Source of the DNA: Sedimentisphaerales bacterium
GTDB lineage: Bacteria > Planctomycetota > Phycisphaerae > Sedimentisphaerales > SM23-30
Length of the DNA: 64,000 nucleotides
Reading direction: 5' to 3' (one strand)
Assembly: GCA_963666285.1 (NCBI GenBank)
Contig: OY762711.1
The position numbers and the translations under genes were made by a program. Of this stretch, positions 32,146-42,233 are shown piece by piece. The notes below the pieces were generated by a model that saw nothing but the letters and a program-made list of their open reading frames with translations, had not been told where the DNA came from and did not search any database. Position 1 is the first letter of the stretch. Every line of letters begins with the position of its first letter.

Positions 32146-32174
32146 TTGACAACAACCAAAATAGGAGACATAGT
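32146..32174 (+). promoter_or_regulatory. Sigma-70-like promoter with no downstream gene
   Basis: TTGACA-N17-CATAGT. Confidence 0.5.
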
Positions 32175-32180
32175 TTGATA

Positions 32181-32325
32181 GTTGGTTAACAGATAACTGA
32201 TGAATGTTGCAATTGCAAATGACCGAAAACCTCAGAGTATCTACAACGAGGTAGGTCGGTGCGGTGGTTGATCGATTGTAGGATCGTCACGCTAAACATT
32301 TACCGCGTAATGCGGTTTTGTGTGT
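32181..32325 (+). ncRNA. Candidate structured small RNA
   Basis: Promoter upstream, bulged stem GACC-GAAA-ACCTC/GAGGT-A-GGTC, terminator-like ACCGC-GTAAT-GCGGT-TTTG. Confidence 0.4.
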
Positions 32326-33231
32326 TGAGAGTTTTGAGTGTTTGAGTGTAAGTTACGTATTTCTTTACACTTACCTCCTCAACATCTCCCACACCAAACT
32401 CCTGCGCGAATAGATGTTTATAAATAGATGATATAAGATACTGTATATCAAATATTTAGATGCTTTCCTGCACACCTGCAAACTACGATCTTGTGAGTAT
32501 AATGACAGAATATGTACGCCTGTTAAGCCGGCTTCTGATGGCAAAGCTGTCGGTAAGTAAATCGCCTGACAATGGCAATTTACGCAGGATTGCATATTGA
32601 GACGAAACCCGCCGTGAAAGAGACTCACCATCATGGCACGTGTCCCGGCAAAACACCAGGACATATATAACGGGGTTCGTAGGCTGCTGATTTTGTCGGC
32701 AATCTTTGTAAAATGCTTCTTCAGGCCGGCATTATCGACCATATCCGGAGCTTTCCGGGCATGAGAAAGCAGCAAACGCGGCACAAGGAACGCAACGGAA
32801 TAGGTTATTGTCATTATTCCGACTGCAAGAAATGCTTTGTACTGCCAAAATAGATTGAGGATTTGCCAGACGCAGTGTACTCTGCTTATGGCCGGTTGCC
32901 CACGGTTATTACCGGGGAACCGCACCGTATATCTTATTTCTGGCATAACAAAGCCCAATGCCCGGAGAAGCTCACGCTATTGCAGCATGATTCAGTTTTC
33001 TGAAACCAGCTAAAACTAAAAACTGAAAACAAAAACAAAACAAAGAAAGGAAACACTGCAAAACTCAGCTAAAAAATATTAAATACCATCTGACAAGATA
33101 ACAAACCGGTACTTTGCCACAATTTGGTAAAAATATATCGATTTAAACCGATTTAGCAGTATAATTATTAATGTATTCCATCATATGATGGTGTTTACAA
33201 TTAATTGTCTCTTTATGGAAGGAATAGGTAT

Positions 33232-34341
33232 ATGAAAGTACCGCTGCTTGATCTTAAACCTCAATATGAGCAAATTCGTGCCGAAGTCGAACCTGCTGTC
33301 CTGGAACTTATGGCCAACCAGACTTTTGTACTCGGCCCTACCGTCGAAAATTTCGAACGTAATATCGCCAAATATGGCCAGGTCGGTCATGCTGTTGGTA
33401 TGTCCAGCGGCACTGACGCTCTGCTATGTGCTCTTATGGCATACGATATCAAACCGGGCGATGAGGTCATCATACCAACCTTCACTTTCTTTGCTACCGC
33501 AGGTGTTGTATCCCGTACCGGTGCAACCCCGGTATTCGCAGATATCGATCCGGATACTTTCAATATCGATATCGATGCCATCGAAAAACTCATTTCCGAC
33601 AATACCAAAGCTATCATTCCCGTACACCTGTACGGCCAGATGGCTCCTATGGAAGAGCTGAAAGCTCTCGCTCAAAAATTCGAACTCAAAATCATCGAAG
33701 ATGCCTGCCAGAGTGTCGGTGCCAAACAGAACGGTCAATGCCCGGGTGAAATCGGTGACTGTGCCGCACTCAGCTTCTATCCCAGCAAAAACCTCGCCGG
33801 GTTCGGCGACGGTGGAATGCTGCTATGCCAGGACGACGAACTTGCCCAGAAGTTCAGGTACCTGAGAATGCACGGCGAAGACAAACGCTACTACCACAGC
33901 ATGGTAGGCGCAAACTTCAGACTTGACTCTCTACAGGCTCTTGTTCTCGATATCAAGCTCAAATACCTCGACCAATGGGCCCAAAAACGCCGCGATAATG
34001 CCGCGATATATAACGATCTAATGGCAGATATTTCAGAAATCAAACTGCCGGTTATCTTCGATGGCAACGAAAGCGTTTATAACCAGTATGTTATCCGTGC
34101 AGAAAAACGCGACCAACTCAAAGATTTCCTCACCCAAAAAGAGATCGGATCGAATATCTACTATCCGGTACCGCTGCACCTGCAGGAATGCTTCAAAGAC
34201 CTCGGCGGCAAAACCGGCGACTGCCCTGTCTCCGAACAGGCATGTAAGGAAGTGCTCGCCCTGCCGGTATTCCCGGAACTCACAGAAGAGCAGCTGAAAT
34301 TCGTAGCTGATACAATTAAGGAATTCTACGCTAAAAAATAA
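33232..34341 (+). CDS. DegT/DnrJ/EryC1/StrS PLP-dependent aminotransferase
   Basis: 'SSGTDAL', 'PVHLYGQ', 'IEDACQS', 'SFYPSKNL', 'GANFRLD'. Confidence 0.93.
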   Translation: MKVPLLDLKPQYEQIRAEVEPAVLELMANQTFVLGPTVENFERNIAKYGQVGHAVGMSSGTDALLCALMAYDIKPGDEVIIPTFTFFATAGVVSRTGATPVFADIDPDTFNIDIDAIEKLISDNTKAIIPVHLYGQMAPMEELKALAQKFELKIIEDACQSVGAKQNGQCPGEIGDCAALSFYPSKNLAGFGDGGMLLCQDDELAQKFRYLRMHGEDKRYYHSMVGANFRLDSLQALVLDIKLKYLDQWAQKRRDNAAIYNDLMADISEIKLPVIFDGNESVYNQYVIRAEKRDQLKDFLTQKEIGSNIYYPVPLHLQECFKDLGGKTGDCPVSEQACKEVLALPVFPELTEEQLKFVADTIKEFYAKK

Positions 34342-34386
34342 GGTTGCGATATCAGCACCTTAACTTTGTATTTAGAACTGATTTTT

Positions 34387-35778
34387 ATGACTGATACTAG
34401 AATTGAAAAAGATGCGTTAGGCGAAGTTATCGTTCCCGCCGATAAATACTTCGGTGCCCAGACCCAGCGTGCCGTCGAAAACTTTAAGGTCGGCTGCGAA
34501 TTCTTCCCTACCGAATTTATACAGGCACACGCTCTCGTTAAAAAAGCCGCGGCTATTACCAACTGCAAACTCGGACTGCTCGATGCAAATCTTACCGATG
34601 CAATCGTTCAGGCAGCCGACGAAGTTATCTCAGGCAATCTAGACGATAACTTCCCGCTCGTTATCTGGCAGTCCGGCAGCGGTACCCAGTTCAATATGAA
34701 CGTCAACGAAGTTATCGCCAACCGTGCCAGCGTTATTCTCGGCGGCCAACCCGGCAAAAAGCACCCTGTCCACCCGAACGACCATGTCAACATGGCCCAG
34801 TCAACCAACGACACGATTCCAACCAGTATGCACGTTACCGCTGCAGTTCTTACCTGCAACAAACTACTGCCCGAACTGGAAAAAATGAGAACCACACTCG
34901 GCAACCTCAGCGAAAAATTCGAGAATATCATCAAAACCGGAAGAACTCACCTGCAGGATGCCACCCCGCTCACTCTCGGTCAGGAATTCTCTGGTTACGA
35001 AGCTCAAATTGCTGCCGCAATCGAAACTATCGAACAGGCCATGGACCATATCTACGAACTTGCTATCGGAGGCACTGCTGTAGGCACCGGCATCAACAGC
35101 CACCCGGACTACGCCGTTAATGTCGTTGAACAAATTTGCGAACTTACCGACCTGCCGTTCGTTCCCGCCCGAAATAAATTCGCTGCGCTCGCCGCACACG
35201 ATGCTATTGTCGAACTTTCCGGTGCTCTAAAAACCCTGGCTACTGCCATGATGAAAATTGCTAACGATATCCGATGGATGGGCAGCGGACCGCGTTGCGG
35301 CATCGGAGAACTGGTACTACCACCAAACGAACCGGGCAGCAGCATCATGCCCGGCAAGATCAATCCGACCCAATGTGAGATGATCACACAGGTTGTTTGC
35401 CAGATTTTTGGCAATGATACTGCCATAACTATCGCAAACTCGCAGGGAAACTTCGAATTAAACGTATTTAAACCCATTTTAGCTTACAATATCATCCAAT
35501 CGATCAACATTTTGGCCGATTCTATCGCTTCTTTTAATATCAATTGCCTCGACGGAATCGATGCCGACCAGAATAAAATTTCCGAACATTTAAATAATTC
35601 TCTCATGCTCGTCACCGCACTAAATAAAAAAATTGGCTATGATAAAGCTGCAGAAATTGCACTCAAAGCCTGGCGTGAAGGAAAAACGCTTAAGCAGACC
35701 GCTATCGAACTTGAATATCTAACCGAACAGCAATATGATGAATGGGTCAAACCGGAAGATATGATTGGCCCCAAATAA
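34387..35778 (+). CDS. fumC: Fumarate hydratase class II
   Basis: 'GRTHLQDATP', signature 'GSSIMPGKINPTQCE', 'GNFELNVFKP'. Confidence 0.95.
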   Translation: MTDTRIEKDALGEVIVPADKYFGAQTQRAVENFKVGCEFFPTEFIQAHALVKKAAAITNCKLGLLDANLTDAIVQAADEVISGNLDDNFPLVIWQSGSGTQFNMNVNEVIANRASVILGGQPGKKHPVHPNDHVNMAQSTNDTIPTSMHVTAAVLTCNKLLPELEKMRTTLGNLSEKFENIIKTGRTHLQDATPLTLGQEFSGYEAQIAAAIETIEQAMDHIYELAIGGTAVGTGINSHPDYAVNVVEQICELTDLPFVPARNKFAALAAHDAIVELSGALKTLATAMMKIANDIRWMGSGPRCGIGELVLPPNEPGSSIMPGKINPTQCEMITQVVCQIFGNDTAITIANSQGNFELNVFKPILAYNIIQSINILADSIASFNINCLDGIDADQNKISEHLNNSLMLVTALNKKIGYDKAAEIALKAWREGKTLKQTAIELEYLTEQQYDEWVKPEDMIGPK

Positions 35779-35859
35779 AGGCAATCTCTAAAAAATCAAA
35801 TTTACCCTTGTTTTCACTATACAAAACAAGGTTTATTGGTTTTAGATACCTAAATTATT

Positions 35860-36612
35860 ATGATCGAAATACAAAATATCAGTAAGACATTCTATCACGC
35901 GAACGGTCGTGAGGTTCATGCCGTCCGTGATGTCAGCTTTAATGCCGGACCAAATGAAATTTTTGGTCTGCTCGGACCAAATGGTGCCGGTAAAACAACC
36001 CTGCTGCGTATGCTCGCCGCTATTATCAAACCAGATACCGGCATATGCAAAATCGCCGGGCTTGACAGTCAGAAACACCCGGAAGAAATCCGCTCTAAAA
36101 TTGGCTTTCTCTCAGGCAATACCAAGTTGTACAAGCGTATGACAGCTCGTGAAGTCCTGAAATATTTTGGCAAACTCAACAGCATGGCTGACAATGATAT
36201 CGACCAACGTATCGAAGAGGTAGTTGATATCCTCGATATGAGCGAATTCATAAACCGACGCTGCGAAACTTTTAGTACAGGTCAGATGCAGCGTACTTCC
36301 ATTGCCAGAGTTATCATCCATGACCCGGAAGTTCTTATCCTGGACGAACCGACACTCGGCCTGGATATTATGAGCAGCCAGGCGATTATCAACTTTATTC
36401 GTAACGCTCGCCAACAAGGACGTACGGTTATTTTCTCAACACATTATATGACCGAGGCCGAAGCGCTTTGCGATCGTATCGGACTAATTCACAGCGGGGA
36501 AATTATGACCATCGGCAGCCGCCAGGAATTATACACGCAAACCGGAACAGACAACCTGCAGGATGCTTTCCTGTCAATTGTAAACAGCCCCCAGACAAAT
36601 ACTATAGCATGA
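35860..36612 (+). CDS. ABC transporter ATP-binding protein (NatA-like)
   Basis: Walker A GPNGAGKT, signature FSTGQ, Walker B ILDEPT, H-loop STH. Confidence 0.9.
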   Translation: MIEIQNISKTFYHANGREVHAVRDVSFNAGPNEIFGLLGPNGAGKTTLLRMLAAIIKPDTGICKIAGLDSQKHPEEIRSKIGFLSGNTKLYKRMTAREVLKYFGKLNSMADNDIDQRIEEVVDILDMSEFINRRCETFSTGQMQRTSIARVIIHDPEVLILDEPTLGLDIMSSQAIINFIRNARQQGRTVIFSTHYMTEAEALCDRIGLIHSGEIMTIGSRQELYTQTGTDNLQDAFLSIVNSPQTNTIA

Positions 36613-37292
36613 AAAAAATCATTTACATATTACCCGGATTGATATTTGCTTCAAATCTTTACGCCCAGACTGCTTCACCCAGCAGCAACCTGGATAAATT
36701 CTTCTTTGCCGGCGGATGGCTGGCTTGGGTCCTGCTCGGCATGAGCATAATAACTATCCACCTAATAGTTCAATATGTCTTTGCAATCCTGAAAAAAAGA
36801 TTCTACACTCAGACCCTAATTAATGAAGTCAAAGAACATCTAAAACATAAAAATCATAAAAACTGCCTCGATTTCCTGGCTGGCAACAATACTATCCTTG
36901 CCCGTGTTCTACACGCCGGCCTGAGCGAGAAAAAACTAGGCCATGAAGCAATGGAAAATGCCATGGTTGAGATAATCGAAGATGAGCGAGGCGAGTTCTT
37001 CCGCAAACTCGAATGGCTTAATATTATTGGTAATATCTCACCTATGATCGGGCTTTTCGGCACAGTTTGGGGGATGATCGAAGCCTTTAGCGCCATCGTA
37101 GACACCGGCGGCAGACCACAGCCGCCAGATCTCGCAGGCGGCATATCCAGCGCCCTGGTAACAACCCTATGGGGCCTTGCCGTAGCTATTCCTGCACTAG
37201 CAGCATCAGGCTATTTCGGTAACAGATTTGATGCAATGACCGCTAAAATAGCCGTTATTGCCGAAGAACTTCTGTTGGACTCATCTGAATGA
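36609..37292 (+). CDS. MotA/TolQ/ExbB proton channel family protein
   Basis: 'IGNISPMIGLFGTVWGMIEAF...LAGGISSALVTTLWGLAVAIP'. ATGA overlap with the ATPase stop codon. Confidence 0.9.
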   Translation: MKKIIYILPGLIFASNLYAQTASPSSNLDKFFFAGGWLAWVLLGMSIITIHLIVQYVFAILKKRFYTQTLINEVKEHLKHKNHKNCLDFLAGNNTILARVLHAGLSEKKLGHEAMENAMVEIIEDERGEFFRKLEWLNIIGNISPMIGLFGTVWGMIEAFSAIVDTGGRPQPPDLAGGISSALVTTLWGLAVAIPALAASGYFGNRFDAMTAKIAVIAEELLLDSSE

Positions 37293-37323
37293 TCCCCAAA
37301 AGCTGTTCTTATAGCATCCAAAT

Positions 37324-37358
37324 AAAAAGCTCCGTGAATTTCTAATCCACGGAGCTTT
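37324..37358. terminator. Terminator between convergent genes
   Basis: AAAAAGCTCCGTG-loop-CACGGAGCTTT. Confidence 0.8.
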
Positions 37359-37369
37359 GAAAATCAGTA

Positions 37370-38698
37370 TTAGAAATTTTTATTATACTTTTCTCGATAT
37401 GTTCGTCCCAGCCATTCCGACTTGGCGTTACCACCTGTAAGTTTACAGTTAATCGGATCCCAGTTAATCACTTCGCCGTAACGATACGCTATATTAACCA
37501 AATGACAGCAAATAGCTGAACGAGAACCAACAATCTCATTTGTAATAGGTTTGGTACGAGATTTGATACACCTTAGAAAATCATCTATATGACTATCTGT
37601 AACTTTATACAGCTTCACCTTGGCATCTTTAAGATATCCAGTCTCAGCTTTTTTGAGTTCACGCCCAAGTGAACCATCCTCACGGTCAAAATACTTCGCT
37701 ATTACCTTATCACCCAATTGCAGCATAAACCTGCCGCGGTTGACCAGAATCTTTCCTTCACTTCCAAAAATTTCAACATTATTACCTGGTTTATGAATAA
37801 CTTTTACACCATTGGCATATTCCATAACTGCACCACTCTGTGCTTTTCTATCTTCAGGTGGTGTCACCTTAACCGGACCGCTATCATCCATCCCCAAAGC
37901 CCATTGAGCTATATCAAGATGGTGTGCTCCCCAGTCTGTAACCATTCCACCGCCATATTCCCAGTATTTACGCCAATCCGGATAGTGATTATGCACTCCG
38001 CGAGGACTCAAAACAGAACTGTATGCACGTTCTGGTGCCGGACCTAACCAACGGTCCCAGTCCAACCCTGGTTCCATATCTTCTTTGGGCAAATCACACG
38101 GCATGCCGGGTTCACCGAAACTGCACTCAATCCTGTCAATTTCACCAACAACACCGTTGCGTGCCAGTTCACAAGCTACTCTAAACTCTGACATTGATCG
38201 TTGCATTGAACCAGTCTGCAAAACTCTTCCCTGCTTATCAACTTCTTTCATAATCGCCAGCGATTCATTAACATTATGTGTCAATGGTTTCTCACAATAT
38301 ACATCCTTGCCGCTGCGAAGAGCTTCAATAGTGATAATAGTATGCCAATGGTCAGGAGTTGCAATACAAACAGCATCAATATCCTTACGCGCCAAAAGCT
38401 CTTTATAATCAACATAAGTTTTACAACCGGCTGAACCTTTATCCGGATAGCGGGTATAAAAATCATCTACTGTCTTACGAGCGTGTTCTCTGCGTGTAGT
38501 ATCAACATCACAAACAGCAACAACATTTGCCCGGTATAGAAAACTATTCATCAGTCCTCTGTTCTGTATACCCATACCAATCATTCCCACATTAAGACGC
38601 TCACTTGGTTTTGCATCAGCAGCCCAGACAGCAGAAGGAAGAATAGTTGGAGCAACAATACCGGCTTTAATAAAAGACCTACGTGTAATTTTCATCAT
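37370..38698 (-). CDS. Tat-exported Gfo/Idh/MocA oxidoreductase
   Basis: 'TRRSFIK' Tat motif, 'ATPDHWH', 'YCEKP', 'DWGAHHLD'. Confidence 0.92.
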   Translation of the reverse strand: MMKITRRSFIKAGIVAPTILPSAVWAADAKPSERLNVGMIGMGIQNRGLMNSFLYRANVVAVCDVDTTRREHARKTVDDFYTRYPDKGSAGCKTYVDYKELLARKDIDAVCIATPDHWHTIITIEALRSGKDVYCEKPLTHNVNESLAIMKEVDKQGRVLQTGSMQRSMSEFRVACELARNGVVGEIDRIECSFGEPGMPCDLPKEDMEPGLDWDRWLGPAPERAYSSVLSPRGVHNHYPDWRKYWEYGGGMVTDWGAHHLDIAQWALGMDDSGPVKVTPPEDRKAQSGAVMEYANGVKVIHKPGNNVEIFGSEGKILVNRGRFMLQLGDKVIAKYFDREDGSLGRELKKAETGYLKDAKVKLYKVTDSHIDDFLRCIKSRTKPITNEIVGSRSAICCHLVNIAYRYGEVINWDPINCKLTGGNAKSEWLGRTYREKYNKNF

Positions 38699-38744
38699 CA
38701 ATCCTCTCAACAAACAATACCAATATAAAGAAACACAAATAACA

Positions 38745-38797
38745 AAAAATAAAATGGTTCTCCTTTTATACCTGTTCAGGATATCCGGAGAACCATT
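38745..38797 (-). terminator. Probable terminator after pfk
   Basis: AATGGTTCTCC...GGAGAACCATT stem, followed by a T-rich tract on the minus strand. Confidence 0.6.
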
Positions 38798-38842
38798 AAA
38801 TTGACTATATACCTAATACTTCAAAACTATCCCAAGATAAAA

Positions 38843-40069
38843 TTAGAACAGGAAGCCCATCTGAGGCAGTTCACCAACCAATGGTTTAAGATATTCAATG
38901 TATGCGTCAGTAATATTGTTACCTTCAGCATTAATAAACTTATCTTCCAGGTGACGAGTCTTAGCTGCAACATTTTCCAGCTCATTACGATAATATTCCA
39001 GTTTATAAGGATTATCGCTAACACGCTTAAAGCTTACTGAACCACTCATATCATCTGTCGTACATGCATAACGAACAGCCAAACGACCGGCTTCGCGGGC
39101 TTCTGTAGCATCAGTTTCGGATACCATTCCTGCAAAACTACGCTGCAGGTAGCCAAACGTATCTGCTCTCAGACGTTCACCAGGCATAGCTTCTTTCAGC
39201 TTAGACACCAGGAAATCACCCAGAGCACCGGTACCGGAAAGCTGGATATTGCCATGAGCATCCTTTTCAACATCTTTAGCCATTACCTGCGCCCAAGGCA
39301 CACCGTTTTCATCATTGATACCTTCAGATACAGCAACCAGACAACGACCATATTTAGCCTTGGCAGCTTTGACATCATTGATAAACTGTTCCATGGAAAC
39401 ATTACGCTCAGGAACATATACCAGATGAGGTCCATCTGTTTCGTTCTGACGTGCCAGGGCTGATGCAGCAGTCAAAAAGCCGGCATGACGCCCCATTATA
39501 ACGTCTATCTTAATACCAGGCAGAGAACGGTTATCCTGGTTATCACCCATAAATGCCTGGGCTACAAACTTAGCAGCCGAACCAAAACCTGGACAATGAT
39601 CAATACCCTGCAGGTCATTATCAACTGTCTTAGGAATATGGAAAGTCTTTAGTTCATAACCACTCTTTACTCCCATATCACGAATGATACGAGCGGTATC
39701 TGAAGAGTCGTTGCCACCAGCATAGAAGAAGTAGCGAATATTGTGTTTCTGGAACACATCAAACACTTTTTTACAATATTCTTCATCCGGTTTATCACGA
39801 GTTGAACCTAACGCCGCAGATGGAGTATAAGCAACACGATTCAAAAACTCAGCATTGTACTTGCCGCCATTTGCACCTTCAGCAGCTTTTGCCTTCAGGT
39901 CGATAAAATCTTCATTCAGGATACCACGACTGCCATGACGCATACCATAAAGAGTTTCGATACAATCGTGTTCAAAAGCTTCTTCAATTACACCTACCAG
40001 CGACTGGTTAATAACCGCTGTCGGGCCGCCTGATTGACCTACAATAGCATTACCTTTTAGTTGAGCCAT
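38843..40069 (-). CDS. pfk: 6-phosphofructokinase, probably PPi-dependent type
   Basis: 'GQSGGPTAVIN', 'GGND', 'PKTVDND', 'MGRHAG'. Confidence 0.9.
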   Translation of the reverse strand: MAQLKGNAIVGQSGGPTAVINQSLVGVIEEAFEHDCIETLYGMRHGSRGILNEDFIDLKAKAAEGANGGKYNAEFLNRVAYTPSAALGSTRDKPDEEYCKKVFDVFQKHNIRYFFYAGGNDSSDTARIIRDMGVKSGYELKTFHIPKTVDNDLQGIDHCPGFGSAAKFVAQAFMGDNQDNRSLPGIKIDVIMGRHAGFLTAASALARQNETDGPHLVYVPERNVSMEQFINDVKAAKAKYGRCLVAVSEGINDENGVPWAQVMAKDVEKDAHGNIQLSGTGALGDFLVSKLKEAMPGERLRADTFGYLQRSFAGMVSETDATEAREAGRLAVRYACTTDDMSGSVSFKRVSDNPYKLEYYRNELENVAAKTRHLEDKFINAEGNNITDAYIEYLKPLVGELPQMGFLF

Positions 40070-40216
40070 TTCTAAATCTCTCCGTTAAATTTAGTAGTTC
40101 AAATTATTATATGTTAACCCGCAGAATAACAGCACCTATGCTCAGCCGCAGGAATTATACACTTTTACAACCGATCAAAGTACCATGATCGTAAAAATTA
40201 TATTACTATATGTTGT

Positions 40217-41563
40217 TTATTTTTTACCCCAGGTTCTTTCAATAAAACCTGTATCACACTTGCCGTCAGCAAAATCTGAATGAGATAAAATTTCATGACA
40301 GATATCAACAGTACTCTTGATAGGACCAATCTTATATTCTTCAAGGGCCCTTCTTGTACGTGCGATTGCATCGCTTCGATCATGACCCTTAACTATCAAT
40401 TTGGCAATCATTGAATCATAATACGGCGATATCTTATACCCGGCAAAACAATGAGAATCCACCCTGACACCAAAACCACCAGGAACAACATACTCGTTAA
40501 TCGGGCCGGGACTAGGTGTAAAGTTCTTGTATGCATCTTCTGCATTAATTCTGCACTCTATCGCATGGCCGGTCTGCTTGATATCTTTCTGTTTCAGGTC
40601 AAGTACCTCACCTGCAGCAATTCTCAACTGCCAGCGTACGAGGTCTATACCGGTCACCAATTCAGTTACCGGGTGTTCCACCTGGATACGGGTATTTACT
40701 TCACCAAAATAGAAGTGCCCTTTCTTATCCATCAGGAACTCAACTGTCCCGGCATTACAATATTTTGCAGCTTTTACCACTCGCAATGCAGCCTTGCACA
40801 GATCTTCCCGCTGCTGTTTATCGAGTGACGGACTAGGTGATTCTTCCAGCAGCTTCTGATGGCGTCGCTGCAGTGAACAGTCACGCTCCCAGAGATGAAC
40901 ATAATTACCATGCTCATCAGCAAGAACCTGAACCTCAACATGTCGTGGGTTCTCTATGAATTTTTCGATAAAGACTTCCGGATTATTAAAAGCCCCCTGC
41001 GCTTCGGTCCGGGCAGCATGAAAAGCTGTTCGCAGGTTAACTTCGTTATGACAAACTCTCATTCCGCGACCACCGCCGCCTGCTGAAGCTTTGATCATTA
41101 CCGGATAACCTATTTTATTACAAAGCTTGACCGCTTCTTCTTCGTTTTCTATCGCTCCTTCAGAACCAGGGACGACAGGAACCTTGGCACTCATTGCAAG
41201 CTGACGAGCTTCGACCTTATCACCCAGAAGCTTCATTGATTCCGGAGAAGGACCAATAAATTTAATTTTGCAATCCCTGCAGACCTCTGCAAAATGAGAA
41301 TTTTCTGCAAGAAAACCGTAACCTGGGTGAATCGCCTCAACATTAGCGACCTCTGCCGCAGAGATTATACTGGGAATATTGAGATAACTCTCACTTGGAG
41401 ATGCCCCGCCAATGCATATTGCCCTGTCTGCAAGTTTGAGATACCCGGCATCCTTATCAGCCTGAGAATATACCACTACAGACTCAATACCAAGCTCTTT
41501 ACATGCCCGTATTATCCTGAGAGCAATTTCACCTCTATTAGCAATTAATATTCTTGTAAACAT
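40217..41563 (-). CDS. accC: Biotin carboxylase
   Basis: '[10 protein letters not shown]', '[10 protein letters not shown]', 'GGGGRGM', '[12 protein letters not shown]', 'YDSMIAK'. Confidence 0.97.
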   Translation of the reverse strand: MFTRILIANRGEIALRIIRACKELGIESVVVYSQADKDAGYLKLADRAICIGGASPSESYLNIPSIISAAEVANVEAIHPGYGFLAENSHFAEVCRDCKIKFIGPSPESMKLLGDKVEARQLAMSAKVPVVPGSEGAIENEEEAVKLCNKIGYPVMIKASAGGGGRGMRVCHNEVNLRTAFHAARTEAQGAFNNPEVFIEKFIENPRHVEVQVLADEHGNYVHLWERDCSLQRRHQKLLEESPSPSLDKQQREDLCKAALRVVKAAKYCNAGTVEFLMDKKGHFYFGEVNTRIQVEHPVTELVTGIDLVRWQLRIAAGEVLDLKQKDIKQTGHAIECRINAEDAYKNFTPSPGPINEYVVPGGFGVRVDSHCFAGYKISPYYDSMIAKLIVKGHDRSDAIARTRRALEEYKIGPIKSTVDICHEILSHSDFADGKCDTGFIERTWGKK

Positions 41564-41699
41564 ATTTACCTTTTTATTAATAGTGGCCAGGCATTGAAAA
41601 TAGCATAACTGTTAATTTACATTTTGTTTGCCAAGAAGCTAAACTTAATGCAATTAACATTTTCCAGCCTGCTGCCATTGGAATATAATATCTCTATAT

Positions 41700-42155
41700 T
41701 TATTCAACCAGAAACATTGGCTGGCCAAATTCAACAGCCTGGGCATTTTCAACCAGGATCTTCTTGATTGTACCACTTACTTCAGCTTTAACTTCGTTCA
41801 TAACCTTCATTGCTTCTACAATACAGACAACTGTATCCGCAGTCACCTGGTCACCAATTTTGACAAATGGAGCTGCGTCAGGTGCCGGTGCGGCATAGAA
41901 TGTTCCAACGATAGGTGAAGTAATTTCCTGCAGACTTTCGTCAACTGTCTCTGTTGCCGGAGCAGACACACTTGCTGCCGGAGCAGGCGCAGCTGAAGCA
42001 ACGGGGGCAGGAGCAGTCATAACAGGTGCAACGGTAGACATAATAGTGCTGCCCCGTTTAAGTTCTATTTTTGTATCTCCATCAACAATCTTCATTTCTG
42101 TAAGATCATTGACTTCCATCATTTCAACCAGTTCTCTGATTTTTTCTATATCCAT
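41700..42155 (-). CDS. accB: Biotin carboxyl carrier protein
   Basis: Ala/Pro linker and 'EAMKVMNE'. Confidence 0.97.
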   Translation of the reverse strand: MDIEKIRELVEMMEVNDLTEMKIVDGDTKIELKRGSTIMSTVAPVMTAPAPVASAAPAPAASVSAPATETVDESLQEITSPIVGTFYAAPAPDAAPFVKIGDQVTADTVVCIVEAMKVMNEVKAEVSGTIKKILVENAQAVEFGQPMFLVE

Positions 42156-42233
42156 AGATAAACAATCCTTTGTCATACACATAGTGCAAGGTTACCTGGT
42201 ATGAACCTAAAAGTACCAGGAATATTATTCTAA

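Noticed and set aside
32197..32260. Hammerhead ribozyme (CTGATGA ... GAAA)
   Set aside because: Stem II would close with A-C and has extra bases, there is one A too many before stem III, and no stem I forms.
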